Assembly: GCA_031370785.1 (NCBI GenBank)
Contig: JANMQY010000060.1
Span: 47,889-111,888 of the forward strand
Length of the DNA stretch: 64,000 nt
From: Candidatus Eiseniibacteriota bacterium
GTDB lineage: Bacteria; Eisenbacteria; RBG-16-71-46
Direction of reading: 5' to 3'
Position 1 is the stretch's first letter; each line of letters opens with the position of its first letter. Below are positions 62,224 through 64,000 of the stretch, one piece after another. The notes beneath the pieces are model-generated. The model saw only the letters and a program-made list of their open reading frames with translations, had not been told where the DNA came from and searched no databases. The translations under genes were made by a program, and so were the position numbers.

Positions 62224-63453
62224 ATGTCACCGGAACAACAATTGGCTCTGCTCACGCAGGGCACCGAGGAGATCCTGCCCGCGGGAGCGCTTCTCGAGCG
62301 GCTGCGTGCCCGAGCGCGTGAAAAACGCCCGCTGCGCGTCAAGCAAGGCTTCGATCCGACGGCGCCGGACATTCACCTGGGCCACACGGTCGGATTGCGC
62401 AAGCTTCGTCAGTTTCAGGATCTCGGCCACCAGGTGGTCCTCATCGTGGGCGACTACACCGGCATGGTCGGAGATCCGAGTGGGCGCAATCGCACGCGGC
62501 CGCAGCTGGATCAAGCAGAAGTCGAGGCCAATTCACGCACCTACCTCGATCAATTCTACCGGGTGATCGATCCGAACCCGCGGCCACCGCGGTTTCCGGC
62601 TGAGATTCGCCGCAACGGCGAGTGGTTCGCCTCGATGCCATTCATGGAAGTCATGAAGCTCGCATCCAGCTACACGGTCGCGCGGATGCTCGAACGCGAT
62701 GATTTCTCGAAACGCATGCAGTCCCATCAGCCGATCAGCATCCACGAGCTTTTCTATCCGATCATGCAGGGATACGACTCGGTCGCAGTGCGCTCCGATG
62801 TCGAACTCGGCGCGACCGAACAGAAGTTCAATCTGCTCATGGGTCGCGCGTATCAGGAGCTGCATGGACAGGAGCCGCAGATCATCATGACGCTTCCGGT
62901 CCTTCCTGGGACCGACGGTGTGCAGCGCATGAGCAAGAGCCAGGGAAACTATATCGGGGTCGCGGATTCCCCCTCGGAAGTATTCGGCAAGATCATGAGC
63001 ACTCCCGACGCCGTGATGCCGCTGTACTGGCGGCTGGTCACCGACGCGAGCGCGGAAGAATTGGCCGAAGTCGAGCGCGCGCTCGGGGACCCCGCCGTGA
63101 ATCCCATGACGCTGAAGAAGCAACTCGGCGCGCGCCTCGTCCGCATGTATCACGGAGCCGATGCAGCAGCGCGCGCGCAGCACGATTTCGAGGCGCAGTT
63201 CAGCCGGCGCGAAGTGCCCGCCAATCTTCCCGAATGGGGTGCGCCGGATCAGGATTCGATCGGAATCAAGGACCTGCTGGTGGGTGCGGGCCTCGCGGCA
63301 TCGGGCAGCGCCGCATGGCGCGCGGTCGACCAGGGCGCGGTGAGTGTGGACGGGCAGCGTATCACCGATCGAGCTCACGCGCAGCCGCTCCGAGCTCCCT
63401 TCGTGCTTCGTCTTGGACGAAAAATGGTGCGAGTGACGCCAAAGAAGGGCTGA
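62224..63453 (+). CDS. tyrS: Tyrosine--tRNA ligase
   Basis: GFDPTAPDIHLGH, YPIMQGYDS, RMSKS, C-terminal S4-like domain. Confidence 0.97.
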   Translation: MSPEQQLALLTQGTEEILPAGALLERLRARAREKRPLRVKQGFDPTAPDIHLGHTVGLRKLRQFQDLGHQVVLIVGDYTGMVGDPSGRNRTRPQLDQAEVEANSRTYLDQFYRVIDPNPRPPRFPAEIRRNGEWFASMPFMEVMKLASSYTVARMLERDDFSKRMQSHQPISIHELFYPIMQGYDSVAVRSDVELGATEQKFNLLMGRAYQELHGQEPQIIMTLPVLPGTDGVQRMSKSQGNYIGVADSPSEVFGKIMSTPDAVMPLYWRLVTDASAEELAEVERALGDPAVNPMTLKKQLGARLVRMYHGADAAARAQHDFEAQFSRREVPANLPEWGAPDQDSIGIKDLLVGAGLAASGSAAWRAVDQGAVSVDGQRITDRAHAQPLRAPFVLRLGRKMVRVTPKKG

Positions 63454-63562
63454 GCACGCGTTTCCGGGCGCCTCGCGCCGAGCCTGGCAGGTGGACCCCT
63501 GGCGGGCCGCCGGCGCCGGGAACCCCCTGGTTTGTGGAGTTTTGGAGGACCTAGCCCCAAGC

Positions 63563-63658
63563 TTGACAGGGGATGGGTCGCGACCTATATTGCCGATCGC
63601 CGCAGGGAACAGCCATCGTGAGAAGTTGTTTGACTTCCAATCAACTCGAGGCTAGATT
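63563..63658 (+). promoter_or_regulatory. Tandem rRNA promoters P1 and P2
   Basis: P1 TTGACA(63563)-17-TATATT; P2 TTGACT(63630)-17-TAGATT. Confidence 0.75.
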
Positions 63659-63700
63659 CCCCGTCCGCCATTTCCGCAGGAGAAGGCGCACGTATGGCTA

Positions 63701-63713
63701 CGCTCTTTGATAA
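63701..63713 (+). promoter_or_regulatory. boxA-like antitermination element in the rrn leader
   Basis: CGCTCTTTGATAA resembles the boxA consensus TGCTCTTTAACA. Confidence 0.6.
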
Positions 63714-63859
63714 TTGAATAGCGCACGATCTTCTGAAAGCCCGCGCGAGGTCCCGACCTCATGCGCTTTTGGCATGAGTGTTGGGTTTCAATATCCTTGC
63801 TATTGATCCATGCGTGAGGAGCTTCTGCTCCGAAGCGCATGTTTCTCCGTTTTCAAATG

Positions 63860-64000
63860 ACCACGGAGAGTTTGATCCTGGCTCAGAACGAACGCTGGCG
63901 GCGTGGATTAGGCATGCAAGTCGAACGCGAAAGAGGGGGCAACTCCTCGAGTAGAGTGGCGAACGGGTGAGTAACGCGTGAAGAACCTGCCTTCAACAGG
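63860..64000 (+). rRNA. rrs: 16S rRNA, 5' end (truncated by the window)
   Basis: AGAGTTTGATCCTGGCTCAG at 63867, AACGCTGGCGGC, CATGCAAGTCGAAC, GGGTGAGTAACGCGT; exact 5' end approximate. Confidence 0.98.

Overview
High-GC (roughly 70%) bacterial chromosomal window made up mostly of housekeeping genes. No transposases, integrases, prophage genes or CRISPR arrays are visible. Left to right: the end of an acyl-CoA synthetase; a stand-alone AAA-associated domain protein; MFS and heterodimeric ABC exporters; three XRE-cupin regulators; mobA-lysA; etfBA; a complex I operon nuoABCDEFGH-JKLMN that lacks nuoI; moaC-moeA; a sigma-54 activator with no sensor domain; an AlaX-type editing protein; two tandem DEAD-box helicases (one with degenerate motifs); mutM; a murQ-sugar ABC-anmK-SpoIID peptidoglycan recycling operon; tRNA-Asp; a polyanionic small protein-speD-speB polyamine locus; mazG; alr-deoB-cdd-deoC-pdp; PBP1A; tyrS; and the first ~140 nt of a 16S rRNA gene. 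The strongest leads are: (1) a DeoC with an N-terminal microcompartment encapsulation-peptide-like helix, a CxxC motif and a partial internal duplication; (2) a 62% Asp/Glu mini-protein heading a SpeD-homolog/agmatinase operon; (3) an intact plus degenerate DEAD-box helicase pair; (4) a candidate 4-way-junction RNA between the XRE pair and etfB; (5) an ABC-type anhydro-muramic acid recycling system; (6) a palindromic bidirectional promoter. All calls come from reading motifs by eye; no database searches were run.
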